Source of the DNA: a virus
Strand: one strand, 5' to 3'
Length of the DNA: 64,000 nt
IMG/VR virus record: IMGVR_UViG_3300032236_001180
Span: 1-64,000 of that record
The notes beneath the pieces were generated by a model. That model had not been told where the DNA came from, did not search any database, and worked only from the letters and a program-made list of their open reading frames with translations. The translations under genes and the position numbers were made by a program. Shown one piece after another: positions 1 through 7,956 of this stretch. How positions within the stretch are numbered: position 1 is the first letter of the stretch; the number at the start of each line of letters is the position of its first letter.

Positions 1-483
1 GCGTTTGGTGAACTCAAACTTATGGAAGGATCCGCTAAGATTATCTCTCTCATCGCAAGAGACGAAAATCAGCACCTTGTCATTACTCAAAACATCCTCA
101 ATAAGTGGCGTGAAGGAGATGATCCTGAAATGCAACAAATTGCTAACGAAGAAGAAGGATGGGTAAGAAATGCTTTTAAGATTTGCGTAAATGAAGAAAA
201 AAGATGGGCAAAGTATCTTTTTAGAGATGGTTCTATGATTGGTTTAAATGATAAACTACTTTGGAACTATGTTGAATGGATTGCTAATATTCGTATGAGA
301 GCAATTAAACTTAAACCAGAATATGATATTCCAGCAAAGAATAATCCACTTCCTTGGACTGATCATTGGTTGAATAGTAAATCCGTTCAAGTTGCTCCAC
401 AAGAAACAGAAATTTCTAGCTATGTAGTGGGTGGAATTAAACAAGATATGAAATCTAATGATTTTTCTGGATTTCAGTTGTGA
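1..483 (+). CDS. nrdB: Ribonucleotide reductase class Ia beta subunit, 3' part (runs in from window start)
   Basis: IARDENQH iron-ligand motif, GSMIGLN, C-terminal QVAPQETEISSY typical of NrdB; frame is open from base 1. Confidence 0.95.
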   Translation, partial: AFGELKLMEGSAKIISLIARDENQHLVITQNILNKWREGDDPEMQQIANEEEGWVRNAFKICVNEEKRWAKYLFRDGSMIGLNDKLLWNYVEWIANIRMRAIKLKPEYDIPAKNNPLPWTDHWLNSKSVQVAPQETEISSYVVGGIKQDMKSNDFSGFQL

Positions 484-487
484 TATA

Positions 488-515
488 AGAGGGGGTTTAT
501 CCCCTCTTTTTTTAT
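488..515 (+). terminator. Rho-independent terminator followed by late promoter TATAAATA (513-520)
   Basis: AAGAGGGGG-TTTA-TCCCCTCTT hairpin then T-run. Confidence 0.75.
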
Positions 516-539
516 AAATAACTAAAAAGTATTTGTAAA

Positions 540-2066
540 ATGAACTCACAGGATTTACAAAATTTACAAGAAGCATATATGGAAGTTTGTGAAGGCGCTG
601 CCGCAGAACATCCTGATATTGCTAATCAATCAGAGTTTCAAAAAAAAGCTGATGAAGTTCTAAAACAAAGACAACAAAGAAGAGCAAAAAAAGTATCACC
701 TGAACTTCCTTCTTTTGTGAAGAGATTAAAGAAAGAAGAATTTGAACTTGACGAAAGACATATGACTTCTGCGGAAAAAAGAAAGGAAGAAGCACTTGGA
801 AAGAAAACTGCTTCCGCAAAAACATCAATGATGAAGCAATATGGGTCAAAAAAAGGAGAACAAATTTATTATGCTTGGAAAAGAAAGCAAGCAATGAAAG
901 AAGAACTTTCAGTTGATGATGCGTATGATTATATAATTGAAACTTTAATTGATTTGGAATTCGCAGAAAATTATGAGAATGCGGAAAATATGTTTGAGAA
1001 TATGAGTGATGAATTTGTAGAAGTTATTCTTGAAGAATATATTGAAGAAAAGGCAAGAGGAACTAGACCAAAAAGAACAGTTCACGCATATGATGTTGAT
1101 GAGACTTTGGTTGGACACGGCAAGAAAGGAAAAACAAACGTGAAAGTTCACGTAAATGATTCATCTGGTAAAAGAGTTCAAAGTTTAAGCAACCAAGAGT
1201 TTAATACCCACAAACTTCCAAAAGGTCATTCTTATGATTTTAGTGAATTTAGAAGTGCCAAAAAGTTTGGAGAAACTTCAAGCGCAAACAAAAAAGTAAT
1301 TAAAGACGTTAAGAGAAAACAAGCAAGAGGTCAAAACGTTCATATCATTACTGCTCGTGCGAAGTTTGATAAACCATCAGAGTTTCAAGGTCATTTAAAG
1401 AAGCACGGTGTGGATGTTCCTCTGAATAAAATTCATTATACTGGTGGAATGAAGGGCAGTGATATTGGAAAGAAAAAAGTAGACGTAGCAAAAGGGGTTG
1501 CAAAGCAGAGTGGTGCCAAGAAAATTCATATGTATGATGATGCCGCAAAGGTTCATAAGGCATTTGAGGGAGAAAAGAAAAATCAACCAACTTCCACAAA
1601 AATTAAAACTCATTTAGCGAAACCAAATGCATCTGGCGAAACAAATCTTCGTTCCTATCAAGCAACAAAAGGTGGAAGAACTAGTGATAATCCATCATCA
1701 ACCATAAAGCAAACACAACGCAGAAGACAAAAAGCAAGAAAGAATATGGGCGAAGAAGTGTCTTCTTATCTAAATATAGAAGAAAGAAAAGTTAAAGGAG
1801 AAGTTATGTCTCATTCTTATCAAACAACCAAAGAAAATTTTGATCTTAAAGATAAACTCTTTATCAATTTCTCTGGAACTTCAAAAGCAAAAAATGAATT
1901 AAAAGAAGAAACTGAAATGACTCCATATGAACAATGGAAGACTTATATGAAAGAAAATAAGGTGGAAGAAATTCAAGAATCGGTTGAAATTGAGGAAGAC
2001 TTAAATGAAGATATTTCAACTATGAATTCATATCAAACTTGGAAATCTTATCTTGAATCAATTTGA
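540..2066 (+). CDS. Probable capsid-internal modular protein with a central HAD-superfamily phosphatase domain
   Basis: HAD motifs YDVDETL, HIITAR, K, MYDD; flanked by Glu-rich spacers; late promoter upstream. Confidence 0.6.
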   Translation: MNSQDLQNLQEAYMEVCEGAAAEHPDIANQSEFQKKADEVLKQRQQRRAKKVSPELPSFVKRLKKEEFELDERHMTSAEKRKEEALGKKTASAKTSMMKQYGSKKGEQIYYAWKRKQAMKEELSVDDAYDYIIETLIDLEFAENYENAENMFENMSDEFVEVILEEYIEEKARGTRPKRTVHAYDVDETLVGHGKKGKTNVKVHVNDSSGKRVQSLSNQEFNTHKLPKGHSYDFSEFRSAKKFGETSSANKKVIKDVKRKQARGQNVHIITARAKFDKPSEFQGHLKKHGVDVPLNKIHYTGGMKGSDIGKKKVDVAKGVAKQSGAKKIHMYDDAAKVHKAFEGEKKNQPTSTKIKTHLAKPNASGETNLRSYQATKGGRTSDNPSSTIKQTQRRRQKARKNMGEEVSSYLNIEERKVKGEVMSHSYQTTKENFDLKDKLFINFSGTSKAKNELKEETEMTPYEQWKTYMKENKVEEIQESVEIEEDLNEDISTMNSYQTWKSYLESI

Positions 2067-2073
2067 AATTATT

Positions 2074-2110
2074 AAGGTCTTTCTAGTCATAGAAAGACCT
2101 TTTTATTTTT
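2074..2110 (+). terminator. Rho-independent terminator
   Basis: 12-bp stem AAGGTCTTTCTA-GTCA-TAGAAAGACCTT then T-rich tract. Confidence 0.8.
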
Positions 2111-2160
2111 TGTAATAAATAAATACATAAATAATATAAGAAAAAGTATTTTTCAGTCAT

Positions 2161-2865
2161 ATGGAAACTTGGAACACTGTCAAAACTCTTAAAGATATTG
2201 CGGAAGCATATCAAAATATTTACGAAAAAAAAGAGTTTGATCCATCCAGGGACAAAGATGGAGATGGTGATAATGACTTTGCGGATAATATGATTGCGAG
2301 AATGGTTGCTTCTGGTATGTCCAGAGAAGAAGCAATCAAAAAAGTAAAGAATAAGGAATATAACAAAGAAGAATTTGCTTTGGATGAAGAAACTAAGGCA
2401 GAAAAAGAAGCAAGAATAGCAGCAAGACGAGCAAGAGTTAAAGAAATGGAAAAGGAAGGTGCAGTAATGACATCTTCCCGTAGAGCAAGTGAAGTAGCAA
2501 AACAAAGAAAGGAAGCAAAGAGAGCTGAGGCAGCTGAAAGAGCAGCATCGTCTGTCCTTAATCAAATGCGTGGAGCAACTGGAAGGGTCTCCGAAAGACC
2601 TATGGGATCAGAAGCACCCAAACCAAAGGAGAAGGCACCAGAAGCAACCAGAAGACTGAATCCGAACCTCAGAAGAGATAATCTTGGTTCTGCTGCTGAC
2701 CGAATTCTCAGATCAATGAAGAAAGAAGAAGTGGAAGCATATGAAACTTATGAGTTTGTGGCATCATATCTTCTTGAAAATAATTTTGCTAATACAATTG
2801 AAGATGCGAATGCTATCATCAACAATATGAGTGAAAGTTGGTTTGCTCAGATTGTCCAAGGATAA
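2161..2865 (+). CDS. Hypothetical protein sharing modules with 540..2066 (probable internal head protein)
   Basis: AEAYQNIYE start, DKDGDGDND loop, C-terminal YEFVASYLLENNFA...NMSESW module also present in the upstream gene. Confidence 0.6.
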   Translation: METWNTVKTLKDIAEAYQNIYEKKEFDPSRDKDGDGDNDFADNMIARMVASGMSREEAIKKVKNKEYNKEEFALDEETKAEKEARIAARRARVKEMEKEGAVMTSSRRASEVAKQRKEAKRAEAAERAASSVLNQMRGATGRVSERPMGSEAPKPKEKAPEATRRLNPNLRRDNLGSAADRILRSMKKEEVEAYETYEFVASYLLENNFANTIEDANAIINNMSESWFAQIVQG

Positions 2866-2887
2866 TACACTTCTATTATAATATACT

Positions 2888-2925
2888 AAGCACCTCTTGA
2901 CAGGTGCTTTTTTTATGATTATAAT
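2888..2925 (+). promoter_or_regulatory. Terminator hairpin overlapping a sigma70 promoter
   Basis: AAGCACCT/AGGTGCTT stem; TTGACA 2897-2902, 17-nt spacer, TATAAT 2920-2925. Confidence 0.8.
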
Positions 2926-2975
2926 CACTCTGTTGGGGTTGAAGATAAATAATACATTAATATCAATAAGAGATT

Positions 2976-3284
2976 ATGCTATCTACTCAAACTAGATTGA
3001 GACTGCAAGAAATTGCTGATAAAATAGAAAGAAAAGAAGAAGTTAGTTTAGAGGATATGATATGGGCAGAGAAATGGAGCAAAAACAATAGATCTGCTGC
3101 TGAAATTATAAGAAAAGCAAGAAGAATTTCAATTCAAGGTAAAGGTGAAAAAGGAAGTTTAGATGAATTCCTTCAAATGATGAATTTAGGTAATCCTGAT
3201 CCATCAGAACATAGAACACATTTTAGTGGTCCAGATGATATTGTGGATTTTTTCAGAAATGATGATAATATGAGAAGGGATTGA
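2976..3284 (+). CDS. Hypothetical phage protein
   Basis: 102-aa ORF, phage-like codon use, downstream of promoter. Confidence 0.7.
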   Translation: MLSTQTRLRLQEIADKIERKEEVSLEDMIWAEKWSKNNRSAAEIIRKARRISIQGKGEKGSLDEFLQMMNLGNPDPSEHRTHFSGPDDIVDFFRNDDNMRRD

Positions 3285-3285
3285 T

Positions 3286-3720
3286 ATGAGTTATGATAAT
3301 CCTTGGTTGTATCAAGGAAAAGTTTTTGAGACAGAAGATATTGGAGAATATTTTGGATTTGTTTATTTGATAGAATGTAAAGAAAATAATAGAAAATATC
3401 TAGGAAGAAAATACTTCTGGTCATTTAGAACACCAAAGGGAAAGAAAAGAAAAGTCAAACAAGAATCTGATTGGAAGAAATATTATGGTTCTTGTCCTGA
3501 ACTTAAAGAAGATATTGCGAAGTTGGGAAAAGATAAGTTTCAACGAAGTATTCTTTCTCTTCATAAAACATTAGGCAAAACTAATTATGAAGAAACAAGG
3601 CAATTATTTTTTAATAATGTACTGACAGAAGCACTAGAAGATGGATGCCCAAAATATTATAATTCAAACATACTTTCAAGATATTACCGAAAGGATTATT
3701 TCACATCAAATAATAAATAA
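3286..3720 (+). CDS. GIY-YIG superfamily endonuclease (T4 endonuclease II-like)
   Basis: GFVYLI...KYLGRK, YYGS, conserved E and YYN motifs. Confidence 0.75.
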   Translation: MSYDNPWLYQGKVFETEDIGEYFGFVYLIECKENNRKYLGRKYFWSFRTPKGKKRKVKQESDWKKYYGSCPELKEDIAKLGKDKFQRSILSLHKTLGKTNYEETRQLFFNNVLTEALEDGCPKYYNSNILSRYYRKDYFTSNNK

Positions 3721-3747
3721 GATAGGATTATAATATAGAGAATAAAA

Positions 3748-4590
3748 ATGACTTTTGATCTTAATAACTTTTTCAAGTATTATGATGAGCATAATGCAAA
3801 TCATGTTGCTGCCGTAGACATTCTTTCAAAGGCAATTCCAAGTCTGTTAACTCCAAGTTCAGAATGGGTAGTAACATATAGAGGAAAAGGTGCAATTGGT
3901 GGAGAAGCAGTTGAACTTTGTAAGTTCTTTCAATATTTTAGTGAAAAGAATACCAATCATACGAAAGCAGTTGATCAACTAGAAAAAGCAATTCCAGCAG
4001 AATTACTTTCAGATACTGCTGCATGGGTTGTAAAATACCGAGAAAAACCACCAGCACCAAAGGAACTGAATCTAAATGTTCCTTATTTTAATCAGGTAGA
4101 TAATTATCGTGATGCTTTTAGATCTTGTAATAGTTCTTCTTGTGCAATGTGCTTAGAGTTTATTAAACCAGGAACATTGCATGGAACTAAGGGAGACGAT
4201 GCTTATATTCAAAAAGTATTCGCAATTGGTGATACAACGGATCATTCAGTTCAAACCCGTGTTCTTGAAAGTTATGGGGTTCATTCTGAATTTGATTACT
4301 CTTTGGGTTTTGATGATCTTGATAAAAGTTTATCCGCTGGGAAACCTGTTGTTATTGGTATTCTACACAGGGGTTCTTTGTCTGCTCCTACTGGTGGGCA
4401 CATGGTTGTAATTAAAGGTAAGACTGCCAAAGGTGATTATTATGTGAATGACCCATTTGGTTCTCTGAATGATGCCTATACTGGACCAGTAGAAAATGGA
4501 AAGAATACTGTTTATACCAAAGAAGTTCTTCAATATCGTTGGTTGGATAATTGTAGAGATAACACTGGATGGGGGAGAATTTTCAAATGA
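3748..4590 (+). CDS. C39-like cysteine peptidase with a duplicated N-terminal ~50-aa repeat; possible cell-wall hydrolase
   Basis: LNVPYFNQ, RSCNSSSCAM, GGHMVVIKG, YVNDP papain-like motifs. Confidence 0.8.
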   Translation: MTFDLNNFFKYYDEHNANHVAAVDILSKAIPSLLTPSSEWVVTYRGKGAIGGEAVELCKFFQYFSEKNTNHTKAVDQLEKAIPAELLSDTAAWVVKYREKPPAPKELNLNVPYFNQVDNYRDAFRSCNSSSCAMCLEFIKPGTLHGTKGDDAYIQKVFAIGDTTDHSVQTRVLESYGVHSEFDYSLGFDDLDKSLSAGKPVVIGILHRGSLSAPTGGHMVVIKGKTAKGDYYVNDPFGSLNDAYTGPVENGKNTVYTKEVLQYRWLDNCRDNTGWGRIFK

Positions 4591-5012
4591 TTCCGATGCT
4601 GTTTACTTTGCTTACAGTTGTTTCATTTATTAAACCAGATCCAAAACTGACTCCAGGTGTAGTAGATCCTTCTGCAACCGTAGAAAAGATTTGCACACCT
4701 GGATACACTGCTAAGGTTCGTAATGTTCCAGCATCAGTTAAGAAAAAAGTCTTTGCCGAATATGATATTGATCCAACATCTGATAAGTTTGAGGTGGATC
4801 ACTTAATTTCACTTGAACTTGGTGGTAGTAATGACATTAAAAATCTTTGGCCTCAAAGTTATACAACTCAACCATTAAATGCTCATCACAAAGATGTTCT
4901 TGAAAATAAACTTCATAAGATGATTTGTTCCAAAAAAATTACAATCAAAGAAGCACAGAAAGCAATCTCAACGGATTGGGTCAAGGCTTATAATCAATAT
5001 ATCGGAAATTAA
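4587..5012 (+). CDS. HNH-family nuclease with N-terminal hydrophobic/signal segment
   Basis: FEVDHLISLELGGSNDIKNLWPQ...HHKD; ATGA overlap with the upstream stop. Confidence 0.75.
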   Translation: MIPMLFTLLTVVSFIKPDPKLTPGVVDPSATVEKICTPGYTAKVRNVPASVKKKVFAEYDIDPTSDKFEVDHLISLELGGSNDIKNLWPQSYTTQPLNAHHKDVLENKLHKMICSKKITIKEAQKAISTDWVKAYNQYIGN

Positions 5013-5013
5013 A

Positions 5014-5493
5014 ATGAAAACATTCAATCAGTTTTTGTCAGAATCATCTAGGCAACGAACTAGTATAGAAGAATTTGAGAAACTGGTTCATAAGTTTCTT
5101 CCTTTTGTCTTTAAAGAATTGAAGATGAAAAAAAGAGAACTTCCTCCAATGCATTTTAATCACAGTAAACATAATAATGGAACTGGACTTCATATTAAAG
5201 ATATACCTGGTGTAACGATTGTTCAGAGTTCTGAATTTGGACAGACTAAACATACATTCGGTCAGACAAGTCATAAAAATCGTATTGTGGTGGATATTGA
5301 AAATCGACATCCATTAGATGCACTTAGAACTCTTGGTCATGAAATTGTGCATTATCATCAACATATTACTGGTGTTTATGGAGATGGTGTTACTGGAAGT
5401 CCAACGGAAAATGAAGCAAATGCACGATCTGCCGTAATGATGAGAAACTTTGATGCTGCTTATCCAAAAGTTTTCAAAATGCCTCCATTATAA
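5014..5493 (+). CDS. Zincin-type metallopeptidase with a T4-like capsid-targeting N-terminus
   Basis: RTLGHEIVHYHQ (HExxH) plus downstream ENEANA; starts MKTFNQFLSE. Confidence 0.7.
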   Translation: MKTFNQFLSESSRQRTSIEEFEKLVHKFLPFVFKELKMKKRELPPMHFNHSKHNNGTGLHIKDIPGVTIVQSSEFGQTKHTFGQTSHKNRIVVDIENRHPLDALRTLGHEIVHYHQHITGVYGDGVTGSPTENEANARSAVMMRNFDAAYPKVFKMPPL

Positions 5494-5549
5494 TAGTTTA
5501 TTTTTTTATTGATTGTAAAATAAATAGTTATGTCCAAAAAGATATTTCT

Positions 5550-5930
5550 ATGAAACTAACTCTTGGGGAGAGATTGGCAGACATAGTTGCCGAAACTGTT
5601 GGTTCTTGGAAATTTATTGGAATTCAATGCGGTGTGATTGTGTTATGGGCAGCAATTAATATTTCTGGTATTAGCAAAGCAGATCCTTATCCTTTTTCTT
5701 TTTTAAATTTGATTTTAGGAACAGAAGCAGCATTAACTGGTCCTATTATTTTAATTGCCGGAAAAAGACAAGAACAAATTGATCGTAAAAGAGCAATTGA
5801 AAATTTACAGATTGATAAAATTAGTTATAATGATTTAAAAAATCTAGCAAAAAGAATTGAAGATCAATTTCACCATCTTGATGGAGATATGAGTGATATT
5901 ATGGAAGACCTTGAAGATATTGCTAAATAG
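5550..5930 (+). CDS. DUF1003-family membrane protein
   Basis: TLGERLAD..VGSWKFI, DPYPFSFLNL; two TM helices plus coiled coil. Confidence 0.85.
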   Translation: MKLTLGERLADIVAETVGSWKFIGIQCGVIVLWAAINISGISKADPYPFSFLNLILGTEAALTGPIILIAGKRQEQIDRKRAIENLQIDKISYNDLKNLAKRIEDQFHHLDGDMSDIMEDLEDIAK

Positions 5931-5954
5931 TATTAACCACTACACTAATTAAAA

Positions 5955-6377
5955 ATGAAACCCAAAAAAGTTTCTTCTGAGACTTTGACTTTGGGACAAA
6001 AGCTTGCTGATCGTGTATCCAATTTTATTGGATCTTGGATATTCATTGGTATTCAATCTTCTTTTTTAATATTCTGGATTATTGTAAATCTCACACTACC
6101 AAAAAAACCAGACCCATATCCATTTATTTTATTGAATCTTATGTTGTCTTTTAGTGCAGCATATAGTGCTCCACTAATTTTGATGAGTGCCAATCGTCAA
6201 TCTGAAATGGATCGCAAAAGAGCAATTGAAAATTTAGAATTGGATCATACCGATCACATCCATCTTATCAAATTAGCAAAACACATTGATGAGCATTTTG
6301 ATAATCTTCACGTAAAAATTGATAATATTGAAGACAATACTAAAAAAGAAAATAAACCAAATAAGTTTATTTTTTAA
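5955..6377 (+). CDS. DUF1003-family membrane protein (paralogue)
   Basis: TLGQKLAD..IGSWIFI, DPYPFILLNLMLS, APLILMSANRQ. Confidence 0.88.
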   Translation: MKPKKVSSETLTLGQKLADRVSNFIGSWIFIGIQSSFLIFWIIVNLTLPKKPDPYPFILLNLMLSFSAAYSAPLILMSANRQSEMDRKRAIENLELDHTDHIHLIKLAKHIDEHFDNLHVKIDNIEDNTKKENKPNKFIF

Positions 6378-6382
6378 TTCTT

Positions 6383-6409
6383 AAACCACCTCAAAAAGGT
6401 GGTTTTTTT
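6383..6409 (+). terminator. Rho-independent terminator
   Basis: AAACCACCT-CAAAA-AGGTGGTTT plus T-run; faces a convergent minus-strand operon. Confidence 0.75.
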
Positions 6410-6510
6410 ATTCTTTCATTTCCAGATATGCTAATCTTAAAATATAATAAATTGCCCAAATAGTTCCCACTAAACCTGAACCTAAAATAATAATTACTCC
6501 CCAAGGCAAT

Positions 6511-6711
6511 TCATTCATCCCAACCTCCTTCTTGTTTGTGTATCCATACTTTTAAATCTTTTACATATTTTCTTAATATTTGTGCTTGCTCTTCGTGCCA
6601 ATAATCTCCTGTTTCTAAATGAATACGGGTATGATTATCGATTGCTTTTAGTATTTGGTGAATGGGTTTATTCCAACACTCACGAACAGGAGTGTTCCAT
6701 TCTCGTGCCAT
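6511..6711 (-). CDS. Hypothetical phage protein
   Basis: 66-aa ORF in a short minus-strand operon. Confidence 0.65.
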   Translation of the reverse strand: MAREWNTPVRECWNKPIHQILKAIDNHTRIHLETGDYWHEEQAQILRKYVKDLKVWIHKQEGGWDE

Positions 6712-6717
6712 CGTATT

Positions 6718-7023
6718 TTACCTTTTAAGTAATGATTTAACTGCTCTTACTGGTCTTTCAAATGCTTGTCTAACTGCTGGTGTTGGTCCTGTCTTGACCA
6801 TTTCAGGACTGAATGCCTTATGTGGTCTCCAACCTTTAATACCAGTTGCCCCTGCTTTATATGCTTTGTCACTCCTGGTCAGTTGTTTTTTGTCATCGTC
6901 CATCAATTCCTTCCAAGATGCTTTGTTCTCATTGGGAACTCTTTCATTTCTTCCTTTATTCCACCAATCTTTTGCTTTTTTTGCTAGATTTGCTTCGGTA
7001 ATAAATTCATTATAAGTTTTCAT
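6718..7023 (-). CDS. Basic protein with a T4 internal-protein capsid-targeting N-terminus
   Basis: MKTYNEFITEA resembles the T4 IPII/IPIII targeting sequence MKTYQEFIAE. Confidence 0.7.
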   Translation of the reverse strand: MKTYNEFITEANLAKKAKDWWNKGRNERVPNENKASWKELMDDDKKQLTRSDKAYKAGATGIKGWRPHKAFSPEMVKTGPTPAVRQAFERPVRAVKSLLKR

Positions 7024-7121
7024 TTTTTCTTACCACCATTCTTTGCTTTTTTGGCAGTTGCATTACCTTGATTTTGCTTTGGTTGTTTGCCTTTTGACTT
7101 TTTGTTAGCAGATTTTGCCAT
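7020..7121 (-). CDS. 33-aa Lys-rich peptide (not in the ORF track)
   Basis: MAKSANKKSKGKQPKQNQGNATAKKAKNGGKKK*; ATGA overlap with next gene; minus-strand TATAAATA at 7143-7150. Confidence 0.6.
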   Translation of the reverse strand: MAKSANKKSKGKQPKQNQGNATAKKAKNGGKKK

Positions 7122-7128
7122 GATGGTA

Positions 7129-7157
7129 TTGACATCTTTATCTATTTATATTATGCT
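7129..7157. promoter_or_regulatory. Overlapping divergent promoters: sigma70 (+) and T4 late (-)
   Basis: TTGACA 7129-7134, 17 nt, TATGCT 7152-7157; TATTTATA 7143-7150 reads TATAAATA on the minus strand. Confidence 0.65.
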
Positions 7158-7183
7158 ATATAATGTGCATTCAATTGAATTTT

Positions 7184-7396
7184 ATGACTGAACAACAAGA
7201 ACATCTTTCAAACCTGATCAATCAACGTCAAACTCTTGCCCAAGAGATTGAGACTCTTCAAGGGCAATCAAATGCTAAAAGGGAACTTTTCCTTAAAGTT
7301 CAAGGCGTAATTGAATATTTGACTCAAATAGGGGTTACTTTGCCAGAAGAAGAAATCCAGACTACTGAAACTGAGGTGGTAAATCCAGAAGCTTGA
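7184..7396 (+). CDS. Small coiled-coil hypothetical protein
   Basis: Heptad pattern, acidic tail. Confidence 0.65.
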   Translation: MTEQQEHLSNLINQRQTLAQEIETLQGQSNAKRELFLKVQGVIEYLTQIGVTLPEEEIQTTETEVVNPEA

Positions 7397-7471
7397 CAAA
7401 TCCTAAATAATCACTTATTATGTGGAAACCCAAACACAATTGGGTTACATCATGAGATTTTGATGTGAAAC

Positions 7472-7541
7472 CTAGAGCCGTGGGCGATGCCTCCCGAGAG
7501 GGTTGGAACTTCTCCTTTGCCTATACGGATGTCGAATTCTA
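7472..7541 (+). ncRNA. Candidate structured cis-regulatory RNA in the rlpA leader
   Basis: Nested stems TAGAG/TTCTA, CCGTGGGCGA/TTGCCTATACGG and a CCC-GAGA-GGG GNRA hairpin; GC-rich island ending 8 nt before the ATG. Confidence 0.55.
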
Positions 7542-7549
7542 TTAAACTA

Positions 7550-7921
7550 ATGCTTTTAAACAAAACAATTCAAACCCTTTCGGTCGTTGCTTTGAGTCTT
7601 GGTGCTCTTGCCCCAATTCCTGCACAAGCAACGACCTGTTCTTATGCCTCACATTATGGAATTGGTGACGGTTACGATGGGCAAAGAACTGCTAATGGAG
7701 AACGGTTCAATGCCTATGGCAATTCTGCCGCACATCGTTATCTTCCATTTGGAACCAGACTTGTAGTCACCAACGAATCAAATGGAAAATCTGTGATTGT
7801 AAGAATTAACGATCGTGGTCCATATGTGAGCAGTAGAAGTCTTGATCTTTCTTATGGTGCTTTTTCATCAATTGCATCACCAAGAAGAGGAGAGATTAGG
7901 GTTTGTTATTATAGACTCTAA
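7550..7921 (+). CDS. rlpA: RlpA-like (DPBB) lytic transglycosylase/expansin-like protein with signal peptide
   Basis: TANGERFNAY..AAHRYLPFGTRLVVTN...RINDRGPY...LDLS. Confidence 0.9.
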   Translation: MLLNKTIQTLSVVALSLGALAPIPAQATTCSYASHYGIGDGYDGQRTANGERFNAYGNSAAHRYLPFGTRLVVTNESNGKSVIVRINDRGPYVSSRSLDLSYGAFSSIASPRRGEIRVCYYRL

Positions 7922-7932
7922 TTGATAAATAT

Positions 7933-7956
7933 GGGGAGTCCCAAACTCCCCTTTTT
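7933..7956 (+). terminator. Rho-independent terminator
   Basis: GGGGAGT-CCCAA-ACTCCCC-TTTTT. Confidence 0.75.

Noticed and set aside
7487-7549. N-terminal extension of RlpA from ATG 7487
   Set aside because: The signal peptide fits a start at 7550; the upstream segment is better explained as structured RNA.
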